A DNA stretch of 64,000 nt, from contig OY759352.1 in NCBI GenBank assembly GCA_963662305.1, forward strand, positions 818,746-882,745. Reading direction: 5' to 3'. Every line of letters begins with the position of its first letter. Position 1 is the stretch's first letter. The notes beneath the pieces are model-generated. The model did not search any database. It was not told where the DNA came from and saw only the letters and a program-made list of their open reading frames with translations. Origin of the DNA: Desulfarculia bacterium (lineage in GTDB: Bacteria; Desulfobacterota; Desulfarculia; G963662305). Position numbers and translations under genes: made by a program. Below, piece after piece: positions 9,124-19,880 of this stretch.

Positions 9124-10956
9124 ATGGCCAGATGGAATGAAAGACGGCGGTTGATGGATCACGTTCATTCGGAGACCCACCAGCCCAGGCTCCAGGATGT
9201 CAAGGAGCCCAATCTCATGCGGGGGGTCTTCCCTTACGACAAGGTCCCCGTAATCGATTTCAATCACCGTTTCCTCATTCCCGAGCCCCCGGCCCGGATG
9301 CTCATCACCGACACCACCTTCCGCGACGGCCAGCAGGCCAGGCCCCCCTATCGGGCCAAGCAGATCGGTCAGATCTATAAGCTTATCTCCAAGCTTTCCG
9401 GACCCAGGGGGATAATCCGCCAGTCCGAGTTCTTCCTCTACTCGGACAAGGACCGCCGCGCCGTGGATTTCTGCCGGGAGCAGGACTGCCGCTTCCCGGA
9501 GATCACCGGCTGGATCAGGGCCGACCCCAAGGACATCAAGCTGGTCCGGGAGATGGAGATAGAGGAGACCGGGATCCTGACCTCGGTTTCAGACTACCAC
9601 ATTTTCCTCAAACTGGGTCTGGACCGCAAAAAAGCCTTTGAGAAATACACCGCCATCGTCAAGGAGGCCCTGGCCGCCGGGATTGCCCCCCGCTGTCACT
9701 TCGAGGACGCCACCCGCTCCGACATCTTCGGTTTCACCGTGCCCCTGGCCGTGGAACTGATGAACCTCTCCCGCGAGGCCAACATCGACGTCAAGATCAG
9801 AATCTGCGACACCATGGGCTACGGCGTCTCCTATCCCGGGGCAGCCCTGCCCCGCTCAGTGCCCAAGCTGGTCCGGACCCTCATCGATGAGGCCGGGGTG
9901 CCGGGCCACCTTCTGGAATGGCACGGCCATAACGATTTCCACAAGGTGGTGGCCAATGCGGCCACATCCTGGCTGTACGGCTGCGGGGTGGTCAACTGCT
10001 CCCTCTTCGGCTTTGGCGAACGGACCGGCAACGCGCCCCTGGAGGGGATGGTCATGGAGTACATCTCCCTGACCGGCAACGCCTCGGGCATGGACACCAC
10101 GGCCATCACCGAGCTGGCCCGCTACTTCGAGGAGGAGTTGGGAGTTCACATTCCGGCCAACTACCCCTTTGTGGGGGCCGACTTCAACGCCACCGCGGCC
10201 GGAGTCCACGCCGACGGCTTGGTCAAGAACGAGGAGATCTACAACATCTTCGACACCAAGACCATTCTTCATCGCCCTGTGGGGATCATTATCACCGACA
10301 AATCAGGGGCGGCCGGGGTGGCCTACTGGATCAACAGCAGGCTGGGGCTCGCAGGCGAAAGCAGAATCGACAAACGCCATCCCGGCATTGTCAAAATCCA
10401 CAAGAAGGTCATGGCCCAGTACCAGTCCGGGCGGACCACCTCCATCTCGGCCGAGGAGATGGAGCGCTGGTCGCGCAAGTATCTGCCCGATTATTTCGAG
10501 TCCCAGTTCGACGTGCTCAAGCGCCGGGCCGGGGAGATGGCCACCCACCTGGTGGAGGAACTCATCGAGCGTCCGGAGATGGCCGCCCTGGAAGGCGCTC
10601 CCATCAACGGATTATTGGAGGATCTCCTGAAGGAGAACCCCTTTATCCAGTTCGCCTATGTGGCCAACGCCGAGGGCAACCGTCTCCCCGGCTGGGCTGT
10701 TCAGGTCAAGGACAAGGCCTTCTTCAAGGGGCTTTCCGTGGACGAGGACGTCACGGACCGGTCCTGGTTCCAGGAGCCCCTGGCCGACGGCGCGGTCCAT
10801 GTCTCCAACTTCTATTCCTCCCGCTGGACCAACCGCCTGTGCATCACCGTCTCCGGCCCCGTCCGCAACCAGGAGGACGAGATCGTGGCCATCCTGGGAG
10901 CGGATATCCAGTTCGAGGATCTGGTCCGCATGGAGAAGAACGGAGATGGGGTGTAA
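9124..10956 (+). CDS. DRE-TIM metallolyase (HMGL-like), probable Re-citrate synthase, with C-terminal Cache/PDC domain
   Basis: ITDTTFRDGQQAR, EWHGHNDF, GFGERTGNAPLE, AGVHADGLVKNEEIYNIFDT; C-term DRSWF..VSNFYSS..LCITVSGPV..ILGADI; immediately upstream of icd. Confidence 0.75.
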   Translation: MARWNERRRLMDHVHSETHQPRLQDVKEPNLMRGVFPYDKVPVIDFNHRFLIPEPPARMLITDTTFRDGQQARPPYRAKQIGQIYKLISKLSGPRGIIRQSEFFLYSDKDRRAVDFCREQDCRFPEITGWIRADPKDIKLVREMEIEETGILTSVSDYHIFLKLGLDRKKAFEKYTAIVKEALAAGIAPRCHFEDATRSDIFGFTVPLAVELMNLSREANIDVKIRICDTMGYGVSYPGAALPRSVPKLVRTLIDEAGVPGHLLEWHGHNDFHKVVANAATSWLYGCGVVNCSLFGFGERTGNAPLEGMVMEYISLTGNASGMDTTAITELARYFEEELGVHIPANYPFVGADFNATAAGVHADGLVKNEEIYNIFDTKTILHRPVGIIITDKSGAAGVAYWINSRLGLAGESRIDKRHPGIVKIHKKVMAQYQSGRTTSISAEEMERWSRKYLPDYFESQFDVLKRRAGEMATHLVEELIERPEMAALEGAPINGLLEDLLKENPFIQFAYVANAEGNRLPGWAVQVKDKAFFKGLSVDEDVTDRSWFQEPLADGAVHVSNFYSSRWTNRLCITVSGPVRNQEDEIVAILGADIQFEDLVRMEKNGDGV

Positions 10957-10966
10957 TATTAAAAAC

Positions 10967-11101
10967 GGGGGGCATCTTTTTAAAAAGATTCCCCCCGGAC
11001 CCCCCTTCAAAACCTTATCCTGAATTTATCAGGCAGAGCCTGATAAATTCCTGAAAAGTTTCCGGAGGGGCCTGGGGAACCCTTTTCCAAAAGGGTTACC
11101 C
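10967..11101. repeat. Composite palindromic intergenic element (two imperfect inverted arms around a perfect 13-bp hairpin)
   Basis: Arms GGGGGGCATCTTTTTAAAAAGATTCCCCCCGGACCCCCCTTCAAAACCTT and AAAAGTTTCCGGAGGGGCCTGGGGAACCCTTTTCCAAAAGGGTTACCC; centre GAATTTATCAGGC-AGA-GCCTGATAAATTC. Confidence 0.7.
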
Positions 11102-11138
11102 ATCCTCGAAGACCCCTCAAACATATTGGAGAGCCGGC

Positions 11139-12341
<1,203 letters not shown>

Positions 12342-12371
12342 AGAGGGTGGTTGAAAGATAATGGCCATCAT

Positions 12372-12407
12372 AAGGTGTCGGGAGGTGCTCCCGACACCTT
12401 GCTTTTT
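12372..12407 (+). terminator. Rho-independent terminator after icd
   Basis: AAGGTGTCGGGAG-GTG-CTCCCGACACCTT followed by GCTTTTT. Confidence 0.85.
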
Positions 12408-13013
12408 AGTTAAGTCCGCATACTGGCCCGAATTGGCTCCGTAATTCCTTCTCTATCTCCCTACGGCCTGTAAAGTATCGGATCAGTGGTTTTTCTCCGA
12501 TAGCCCCTAATCGCCTCTGCTAATTTGTTCCAGAAAGGATCACGAAACCGTCAAGTGAGGGGCGCCCCGCGTGGGCTATCGGACCATGAGAGCTCATGCC
12601 GCTGAGTTTCGGGTTGGGTGGATGACTAAAGCGCTGGATGTTTCGACCAATGGATGTACTTGGCGGCGGTGTTGGACCTTCATTTCAGAAAAGCCGTCGG
12701 CTGGGCAATGAGTAACCGCATGACTATGCAACCGGCCATCAATGCCCTACTCATGGCGATCTGGAAAAAGAAGCCGCCCAAAGGCCTCCTCCATCGCTCC
12801 GATCGCGGCGGTCAATACCGCAGCGAGGAATACCGGAATTTACTGCCAAGACACGGCATCGTCTGCTCCATGTCCCGAAGGGGAGACTGCCGGGGCAATG
12901 CCCCCCGGAAAATTTCTTTCTTACTCTCAAAACCGAATTGATCCATAGAGGTGGACCCGGAGAACTGGACCAGGTGCTAAGGTGGACATATCAGCATCTG
13001 AGGAGAACTGAAT

Positions 13014-13301
13014 ATGTCCCGCAAGCGTAGAAATTTCAGTCCTGAGTTCAAGGCACGCGTGGCCCTGGAGGCTTTATCCAGTGAGCAGACTCTGTCGGAG
13101 TTGTCGTCCAAGTACGGAGTCCACCCTAACCAGATCTCGACTTGGAAGAAGCAGGCCAAGGAAGGGATTGTGGATTCCTTTTCCGGCCGCAGGAAGCGAG
13201 ATACCCAGGACAAAGATGCCCAGGTCAAGGAGCTTCACGCCAAGATCGGGCAGTTGACGGTTGAGAATGATTTTTTAGCCAAAGCCTTCGCCAAGATATG
13301 A
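13014..13301 (+). CDS. IS3-family transposase OrfA
   Basis: MSRKRRNFSPEFKARVALEA..GVHPNQISTWKK HTH; leucine zipper LHAKIGQLTVENDFL. Confidence 0.9.
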   Translation: MSRKRRNFSPEFKARVALEALSSEQTLSELSSKYGVHPNQISTWKKQAKEGIVDSFSGRRKRDTQDKDAQVKELHAKIGQLTVENDFLAKAFAKI

Positions 13302-14179
13302 GTATAGAGCGAAGGCGGGGTATGGTTGATAGGACCCATTCCGAACTGAGCATCCGGCGGCAATGCCAGATTCTCAGCATGAGGCGATCTTCCTATTATT
13401 ATAAGCCTGTTGGTGAGTCACCGTGCAACCTGGAGTTGATGAAAAAGATCGACGAGCTGTTCCTGGAATGCCCCTTTTATGGTTCCAGGCAGATACGGAC
13501 TTCACTGCGCGATCTGGGTTATGGAGTGGGCCGCAAAAGGGTTCAGCGGTTGATGCGTAAGATGGGGCTGATGGCCATCTACCGCAAGCCCAAAACCAGC
13601 CAGCCGCATCCTGACCACAAGGTCTATCCGTACCTGCTCAGGAACCTGGCGATCGATCGGCCCAACCAGGTGTGGTGCAGCGATATAACGTACATTCCCA
13701 TGAGACGTGGCTATATGTACCTGGTGGTGATCATGGACTGGCACACCCGGGCGGTGCTGTCCTGGCGGCTGTCCAACACCATGGATGCCGACTTCTGTGT
13801 GGATGCCCTGAACGAGGCCCTGTCCCGTTACGGGGTTCCCGAGATCTTCAACACCGACCAGGGCTCGCAGTTCACCAGTCGGGAGTTCACTAAAGGAGTC
13901 AAAGACGCCGGGGCCAGAATATCCATGGATAGCCGGGGCCGTTGGTTGGACAATGTGATGATCGAGCGTCTGTGGCGGTCGCTGAAATACGAATGCGTTT
14001 ATCTGAGGGAAGATGAGACCCTCAGCCAGTTGCGCGGCTTACTGAGATGGTGGTTCGACCTCTACAACTACCGTCGGCCCCACTCCGCCCTTGACGGAAA
14101 AAAGCCGATGATCGAATATCAAAAGGCCTTCAAGCCAGAGGGGGTACCCCCTCTGGCTTGCCAAAGAAAGGCGGCGTGA
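13298..14179 (+). CDS. IS3-family transposase OrfB (DDE integrase)
   Basis: PNQVWCSDITYI, FNTDQGSQFTS, DNVMIERLWRSLKYE; ATGA overlap with orfA. Confidence 0.92.
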   Translation: MSIERRRGMVDRTHSELSIRRQCQILSMRRSSYYYKPVGESPCNLELMKKIDELFLECPFYGSRQIRTSLRDLGYGVGRKRVQRLMRKMGLMAIYRKPKTSQPHPDHKVYPYLLRNLAIDRPNQVWCSDITYIPMRRGYMYLVVIMDWHTRAVLSWRLSNTMDADFCVDALNEALSRYGVPEIFNTDQGSQFTSREFTKGVKDAGARISMDSRGRWLDNVMIERLWRSLKYECVYLREDETLSQLRGLLRWWFDLYNYRRPHSALDGKKPMIEYQKAFKPEGVPPLACQRKAA

Positions 14180-14626
14180 TCCATAAAACTGTCCACCTTA
14201 AATGCGCCGCAAAGTGGTCCAAAGAAATGGGGCCACCTCTCCATCACATGAACTACAGGTTCAGGCAGGAGGCCAAGTCCGACATTTTTAACTACATCGA
14301 GTGGTTCTACAATCCAAAGTGACGCCTCTCATCTCCCGGCTATCCATCACCAGCCGAGTATGAACGAAACGCCAATGTGGCTTAACCCGTGCCCATTATT
14401 CCGGGGGAAGATCAGCTCGACGATCCTCAAGATAAAATTGACAGATACAGGACGGTAAGATAAACAAAGCTAACTTTAGGTCAGCCTAGATAGGCGTCTT
14501 CCTCGAAATGATCGGCCGACCTTATAGAGATGGAAATCGTTGCGGGCGAGTGGAACGGCATTACTGATTTTACGGGCTGAAAAGGGGACCGCCTGAGGGG
14601 CTTGTGCCCTTAAAAGGAGTTGAGCT

Positions 14627-16522
14627 ATCTGCGGAATATGCGGCTTCAGTGGATCTGGTGATCCGTCTGTGCTCAGGCGGATGAACCAGACTATTTTTCA
14701 CCGGGGACCGGACGATGAGGGTTTTTACGAGGAGAACGGGGCCAACCTGGCCATGCGCCGTTTATCTATCGTGGACCTGGGCACGGGCGGCCAGCCCATC
14801 AGCAATGAAGATGGTACCATCTGGGTTGTCTTCAACGGAGAAATTTACAATCATCAGACTCTTCGACATGACTTGATCGTCCGCGGCCATCGCTTTAAAA
14901 CAAGCCACAGCGATACTGAGACGATCGTGCATCTTTATGAGGAGTACGGACCGCTATGGCCCCATAAGGCCAAGGTCAACGGCATGTTCGGTCTGGCCTT
15001 GTGGGATAGCAGGGAAAGAAAACTGCTTCTTTACCGCGACCGGATCGGCAAAAAACCACTGTATTACGCCCTGGCCGGGGGAGAACTGATCTTCGGGTCA
15101 GAGATAAAAGCCGTTTTAGCCCATCCGGCGGTCACCTCTGATCTGGATTTCAACTCTCTCAGCAATTATTTCAGCCTGAAAAACACTAGCGCTCCGGCCA
15201 CCGCCTTCAAAAATGTTCGGCAGTTAATGCCCGGTCACTATCTTTCATTTTCTGATTCAAGGATTGTTGAAGAACCCTACTGGACTCTTAATTTCAGCAA
15301 TATAATTGAAGACCTCACCCCGCAGGAGGCGGCTCAGGAGCTGACCGGGCTTCTGGACGATGCCGTCCGCCTGAGAATGCAGTGCGATGCTCCCTTTGGA
15401 GCCTATCTCTCGGGAGGAGTCGACTCTTCATCGGTGGTGGCTCTCATGTGCCGTCATCACCATCTTCCGATTAAAACTTTCTGCCTGGGTTACGAAGACA
15501 AGGCCGACGGACAGTTTAAGGGCAAAGGCGAGGATATTAAACACGCCCGGGCCATGTCACGTCTGCTTCATACCGAGCATCATGAGTACATCCTGACAGC
15601 TGAAGAATTCGCTCGGCGACTGCCCGAAGTGCTGAGCTCCTTTGACGAACCCTTCTCCGGTACGGTGTCCACCTTTTTCTTGAGCATCCTGATCCACCAG
15701 CATGTTAAGGTGGCCCTCACCGGCGACGGTGCGGACGAGCTGTTCGGGTCCTACCTCAGCCACAGGCTGGCCTGGCCGATGCATCATTTTCTGGGGTTCA
15801 GCCCCAGGCCGCTTTTCGAACAGCTGTCGACAGTTCAGAAAAGCTTGATCAAGCCGTTCGACACGCCGCGGGGTTTTGCTTTTCTGAGTTCCCTGGCCGA
15901 TCCGCATCAGGAAAAATGGCGGAGCAGGCTCTTTGTTTTTGACAAGAAGGAAAAGGAGAGGCTGTTCAACCCTCTTTTCGCGGAGCAACTGGACGGTGTG
16001 GACAGCGAGGGCATGATGGCCGGCCTGTCAGATTCAGGCACCGCAATGGATCCCTTGAACCGGGTTCTGGAGGTGGACCAGCGGGAGCTGCTGGCCAACC
16101 AGGTTCTGCCCTTCATGGACCGTCTTTCCATGGCCCACTCCATAGAGGCCAGGTCGCCATTCCTTGATTACCGCATCATCGAGTTTGCCAACCGCCTGCC
16201 TGGAGATTTTAAGATCAACCAGGGGATAAACAAATATGTTCACAAGTTGGCTGTGGAAAAGCTTATTCCCAAGGAGCTGATCGAACGGCCCAAGGAGGGA
16301 TTTGTCCAGCCCATCTATTCTTGGATGAGAGGCAGTCTCCGGACCTGGGTGGAGGCGACCTTGAGCCGGGAAAGACTTGCCCGGCATGGGTTTCTAAACT
16401 ATAAAGAGGTGGACCGGCTGGTCAAAGAGCACCTGGAGGCCAAGTCTGATCACTCTGCCAAGATTTGGAGCCTGCTCTGTTTCCAAATTTGGTACGAGGG
16501 CTTGAAAGGAAAGCTTGAATAA
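14627..16522 (+). CDS. asnB: Asparagine synthase (glutamine-hydrolysing)-family amidotransferase, glycan-associated; ATC at expected start
   Basis: In frame from 14627: ATC TGC GGA ATA TGC GGC = (M)CGICG; HRGPD, RRLSIVDL, FNGEIYN, RDRIGKKPLYY, LSGGVDSS, GDGADELF, RPKEGF. Confidence 0.88.
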   Translation: MCGICGFSGSGDPSVLRRMNQTIFHRGPDDEGFYEENGANLAMRRLSIVDLGTGGQPISNEDGTIWVVFNGEIYNHQTLRHDLIVRGHRFKTSHSDTETIVHLYEEYGPLWPHKAKVNGMFGLALWDSRERKLLLYRDRIGKKPLYYALAGGELIFGSEIKAVLAHPAVTSDLDFNSLSNYFSLKNTSAPATAFKNVRQLMPGHYLSFSDSRIVEEPYWTLNFSNIIEDLTPQEAAQELTGLLDDAVRLRMQCDAPFGAYLSGGVDSSSVVALMCRHHHLPIKTFCLGYEDKADGQFKGKGEDIKHARAMSRLLHTEHHEYILTAEEFARRLPEVLSSFDEPFSGTVSTFFLSILIHQHVKVALTGDGADELFGSYLSHRLAWPMHHFLGFSPRPLFEQLSTVQKSLIKPFDTPRGFAFLSSLADPHQEKWRSRLFVFDKKEKERLFNPLFAEQLDGVDSEGMMAGLSDSGTAMDPLNRVLEVDQRELLANQVLPFMDRLSMAHSIEARSPFLDYRIIEFANRLPGDFKINQGINKYVHKLAVEKLIPKELIERPKEGFVQPIYSWMRGSLRTWVEATLSRERLARHGFLNYKEVDRLVKEHLEAKSDHSAKIWSLLCFQIWYEGLKGKLE

Positions 16523-16578
16523 AATTGGGTGACGAGGATAAGAGTTCTAACCCTTGCGGATGGGTTTGCCAAGGCAAG

Positions 16579-17112
16579 ATGAAAATCAGACGAGGCAGCG
16601 CAAACGATCTGGATTTTATCTGTGATTTGGAGTCGCGGATGGACTATAGGGGTTTATTTTATGTGTCCAGCCGCTCCGAGCACTTGGATAATATCTCTAA
16701 TCCTAATTATTATTATGTTATTGGGGAAAACGATAATAACCGACAGGTCGGATTCGTTATCCTCAGAGGCCTGGAATCTCCCAACCGATCAGTGGAATTA
16801 GCCCGAATAATCGTCTCCACGCCGGGCCAAGGATCGGGGCAGGGGCTTTTGCAGGCGGCGGCTGAAGTTGTTTTTGACGAATATGGGGCCAATCGGCTTT
16901 GGCTTAATGTTTTTGCCGACAACACCCGGGCAAGAAAGGCGTATTCCGCTGCGGGTTACAGAGCGGAAGGAATCTTACGGCAGGCGGTGATAATGGATGG
17001 CGTGTACAAAGACCTGGTGATGATGGCCATCCTGGCGGAGGAATATATTGAACTCCGAAACAAGCTTTCGGGCCCAGGGGGGCCGCAACTTGATCATAAT
17101 CCAGGTAACTAG
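16579..17112 (+). CDS. GNAT N-acetyltransferase (RimJ/RimL/SpeG-like)
   Basis: PGQGSG acetyl-CoA loop, RLWLNVFADNTRARKAY..GY.AEGILRQ; start at ATG 16579 assumed. Confidence 0.8.
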   Translation: MKIRRGSANDLDFICDLESRMDYRGLFYVSSRSEHLDNISNPNYYYVIGENDNNRQVGFVILRGLESPNRSVELARIIVSTPGQGSGQGLLQAAAEVVFDEYGANRLWLNVFADNTRARKAYSAAGYRAEGILRQAVIMDGVYKDLVMMAILAEEYIELRNKLSGPGGPQLDHNPGN

Positions 17113-17167
17113 CCACACCAGAAAGAGGTTTTCCCGGCTTCCGTCTCAAGGCAATTCGATAGTATAG

Positions 17168-18181
17168 GTGAATATGGATATTGAAAAATCCCAGCGTGAA
17201 TCGCTCGAAGAGGTGGAGGCCAGCCTGGTCGATCATCCTTTCCCTCCTCAGTTGGTGGTTGAAACAACCTCCCGCTGTAATATGAAGTGCCTCCACTGTT
17301 CCCACAAGGAGATGAAGAGGGAGCGGGCCGATATGGAGGGAGAGCTTTTCAAGAAAATCGCCCGAGAGGTGGTCCGGGAGAAGCCGGATTGCGAGATTTG
17401 GCCGACTTTTTACGGAGAGGCGCTGTTATTGGGGGAAAAATTGTGGCGCCTTTTGGACTACGCCGATGAAGTCGGCTGTACCAATATGGTTCTCAATTCC
17501 AATGGAATTATGCTCGCGCAACCCGGTGTCGTAGAGGCTGTGCTCGATTCTCCCTTGCGAAGGTTTATTTTGAGCCTTGATGGTTACAGCAAGGAGGTTT
17601 TTGAAAAAATCCGCGTCGGGGGCAACCGGGACAAGATTTACGCAGCCGTGGAGAGGCTTATCGCCACGAAAAAGGAGCGAAGTCAGGAGTTTCCGGTAAT
17701 TCAGTGCCAGTTTTCAATCCTGGATGAAAACGAACACGAACTGGAACCGTACCGGGAGCATTGGCAGTCCCTGGGGGCGGAGGTGAAAACTAGACGCAAG
17801 CTCACTTGGACTTCCACCGGCAGCATAACAGCCTCCTGGATGAATCCGGAACCCGATTTCAGGATTGCCTGCCCTTGGGGCAACAACGCTGCGGCCATCC
17901 TGCAAAACGGAGATATGGTCGCCTGCGCGGTGGACTATGAGGGCCGCTTCGTCGCCGGAAATGTGAACCGCGGTTCAATCAAGGAGATCTGGGCGGGCAG
18001 CCACAAGAGCAAACTCCGTATCCCCCACCGGGAACACCGCTGGGAGGATATCCCCGAAATATGCAGGACCTGTCCCGACTGGCAGGCCGTGGGGGCCAAA
18101 TACATAGGGCATGAGGGAAAAAGGAACGGGGCCCGGCCTTTTTGGCACAAAGAGCGTGAAAGCGAGATCAATAATGGATAA
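17168..18181 (+). CDS. Radical SAM enzyme with twitch (single auxiliary cluster) domain
   Basis: CNMKCLHC (CxxxCxxC), YGEALL, SLDG; C-term CPW..GDMVAC..GNV..SIKEIW..CRTC. Confidence 0.88.
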   Translation: MNMDIEKSQRESLEEVEASLVDHPFPPQLVVETTSRCNMKCLHCSHKEMKRERADMEGELFKKIAREVVREKPDCEIWPTFYGEALLLGEKLWRLLDYADEVGCTNMVLNSNGIMLAQPGVVEAVLDSPLRRFILSLDGYSKEVFEKIRVGGNRDKIYAAVERLIATKKERSQEFPVIQCQFSILDENEHELEPYREHWQSLGAEVKTRRKLTWTSTGSITASWMNPEPDFRIACPWGNNAAAILQNGDMVACAVDYEGRFVAGNVNRGSIKEIWAGSHKSKLRIPHREHRWEDIPEICRTCPDWQAVGAKYIGHEGKRNGARPFWHKERESEINNG

Positions 18182-19163
18182 ACCGGTCCATACCCTGGAA
18201 GAGTACGGCATACGTGAGCAGGCCCTTGAATTTCCGATGATGCTTGTTCTCTCATTCGTCTACATCTGCAATGCCAAATGCCCCAATTGTCCCTATACCA
18301 ACTCCTCCATCCGAGAAGACTACTCTGATTCGCTGATCATGTCGGAAGACATCTTCAAAAAAATCGCCGACGAGGCCGGTCCATACGGAGCCTGGTTGAG
18401 GGTTAGCGGCGGCGGGGAACCGATGCTTCATCCCCAGGCCGTTGAGTTGTTCGAATACGCCAAAAAGGCGGGCTGCCGGTTGGGGCTCATCACCAACGGT
18501 TCGCGGTTTGATAATGAAAAATTTGGTCGTCTTCTCAACGCCGGGGTGGACATGATCGAGTTTTCGGTGGATGCCGCAGACGAAGAGACCTATTCGCGGG
18601 TAAGGCCCGGACTCGATTGGAACAGGCTGGTGGAATCGGTTCGGAGCGTGGTCAAAATGCGCAACGAAAAGAAGGCGTCGACAAAAATTACTGCCAGCGG
18701 CATAAACCAGACCGGGGTGGACATCGATGCGGTGGCTTCCTTTTGGGAACCGCTGGTGGATAAATTCCAAAAGCGCAAGTACCTGACCTGGGGCATAAAT
18801 GAGGATCATTCCGCCGATCCGGTTCCTTATCTGCCGCCGGAGGAAAGGATACCCTGTCCCTTTCTGTTCGAGAGGCTGAACATAGACTCCAGAGGCAAGG
18901 TGATGGTTTGCGGTTTCGATATCAAGGCCGTTACCAACATGGGCAACATTTCCAAGCAGAGCATAAAGGATGTTTGGCAGGGGAAGGGGTTTGAGCATTT
19001 CCGCCGCCTGCATCTGGACCGGAAGGGCGACCGGATTCCCTTGTGTCGGGACTGCCCGGATTGGAAATACCGCTCCTGGAATTACAATTACTGGAATATA
19101 GTCAATAAGGCGGAGGAGAAAAGACAAGCCAGGCTGTCCCAGGAACCTTCAACAGCCAGCTAA
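18174..19163 (+). CDS. Second radical SAM enzyme with twitch domain
   Basis: CNAKCPNC, GGGEPMLHP, ITNGS, FSVDA; C-term CPF..GKVMVC..GNI..SIKDVW..CRDC; start MDKPV overlaps upstream stop. Confidence 0.88.
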   Translation: MDKPVHTLEEYGIREQALEFPMMLVLSFVYICNAKCPNCPYTNSSIREDYSDSLIMSEDIFKKIADEAGPYGAWLRVSGGGEPMLHPQAVELFEYAKKAGCRLGLITNGSRFDNEKFGRLLNAGVDMIEFSVDAADEETYSRVRPGLDWNRLVESVRSVVKMRNEKKASTKITASGINQTGVDIDAVASFWEPLVDKFQKRKYLTWGINEDHSADPVPYLPPEERIPCPFLFERLNIDSRGKVMVCGFDIKAVTNMGNISKQSIKDVWQGKGFEHFRRLHLDRKGDRIPLCRDCPDWKYRSWNYNYWNIVNKAEEKRQARLSQEPSTAS

Positions 19164-19166
19164 CTG

Positions 19167-19880
19167 ATGGTAATCGGAATTCTTCAACCAGGCTATCTGC
19201 CTTGGCTGGGCTTTTTTGAACAGATGATGAGGTCGGAGGTCTTCGTCATCCTCGACGACGTTCAATACGATAAGCACGGCTGGCGGAACCGGAATCGAAT
19301 CAAGGGCCCTCGGGGGCCGGTCTGGTTGAGCGTTCCTGTGCTGACCAAGGGCCAGCATAAGCCTTTGGTCAAGGAGGTCAGGATTGATCCGCATCAGCCC
19401 GGTTGGCCGAAAAAGCACCTGGGAACCATCCGCCAGCATTACTCTGGCGCGGCCTATTTCGACGAATACTTTCCGCATCTGGAACGCATTTTAACCAACT
19501 CCTGGGAGTACCTCATAGATCTGGACATGGCGTTGCTCCATCTTATGGCCGGGTGGTTTGGCCTTGATCCTAAAATCGTTTTTTCCTCCCGGCTGAATAT
19601 CAAGGAGGAGAATCCCAACGAGCGCCTTATCGAGATAATCGGATCCCTGGGGGGCAAGGTTTTTTATGAAGGTGCGGCCGGAAGGGACTATATTGACCTT
19701 TCGCCGTTTGATAGGGCCGGCCTAACAGTGGTTTTCCAAGACTACAAGCCCATGCCGTACCCGCAGCAATACGATGGATTTCACCCTTTTCTTTCCGCCC
19801 TGGACCTGCTTTTCAACTGCGGTCCCGACAGCTCCCGTTTTCTACCCGGATTGAGCGTCCCCAAACTGACGCTCACTTGA
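19167..19880 (+). CDS. WbqC-family protein (putative aminoacyl/glycine transferase in O-antigen-type clusters)
   Basis: ILQPGYLPWLGFF, LDDVQY..GWRNRNRIK, WLSVPV, GRDYID, YPQ..F.PFLSALDLLFNCG. Confidence 0.88.
   Translation: MVIGILQPGYLPWLGFFEQMMRSEVFVILDDVQYDKHGWRNRNRIKGPRGPVWLSVPVLTKGQHKPLVKEVRIDPHQPGWPKKHLGTIRQHYSGAAYFDEYFPHLERILTNSWEYLIDLDMALLHLMAGWFGLDPKIVFSSRLNIKEENPNERLIEIIGSLGGKVFYEGAAGRDYIDLSPFDRAGLTVVFQDYKPMPYPQQYDGFHPFLSALDLLFNCGPDSSRFLPGLSVPKLTLT

Larger units (their letters stand above)
12947..14240 (+). mobile_element. Apparently intact IS3-family element (1294 bp) with 4-bp target duplication CCAT
   Basis: Imperfect TIRs AGAGGTGGACCC..GGACCA..TAAGGTGGACA / TGTCCACCTTA..TGGTCC..GGGGCCACCTCT; CCAT at 12943-12946 and 14241-14244. 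Confidence 0.9.
12560..14414 (+). mobile_element. Degenerate IS3-family remnant interrupted by a second IS3
   Basis: rve-like YLAAVLDL..VGWAMS..SDRG; reading LKTELIH|HMNYRFRQEAKSDIFNYIEWFYN rejoins across the inner IS; right end ..GGGGAAGATCA at 14414; left boundary approximate. Confidence 0.75.

Noticed and set aside
9124-10956. leuA (isopropylmalate synthase)
   Set aside because: RDGQQ rather than RDGEQ, no LeuA regulatory domain, linked to icd rather than leu genes
17168-19163. RiPP (ranthipeptide/SPASM) cluster with AsnB as lasso cyclase
   Set aside because: Only a twitch-type 4-Cys tail, no RRE/PqqD, peptidase or convincing precursor ORF; AsnB has a full glutaminase domain; neighbours are sugar enzymes
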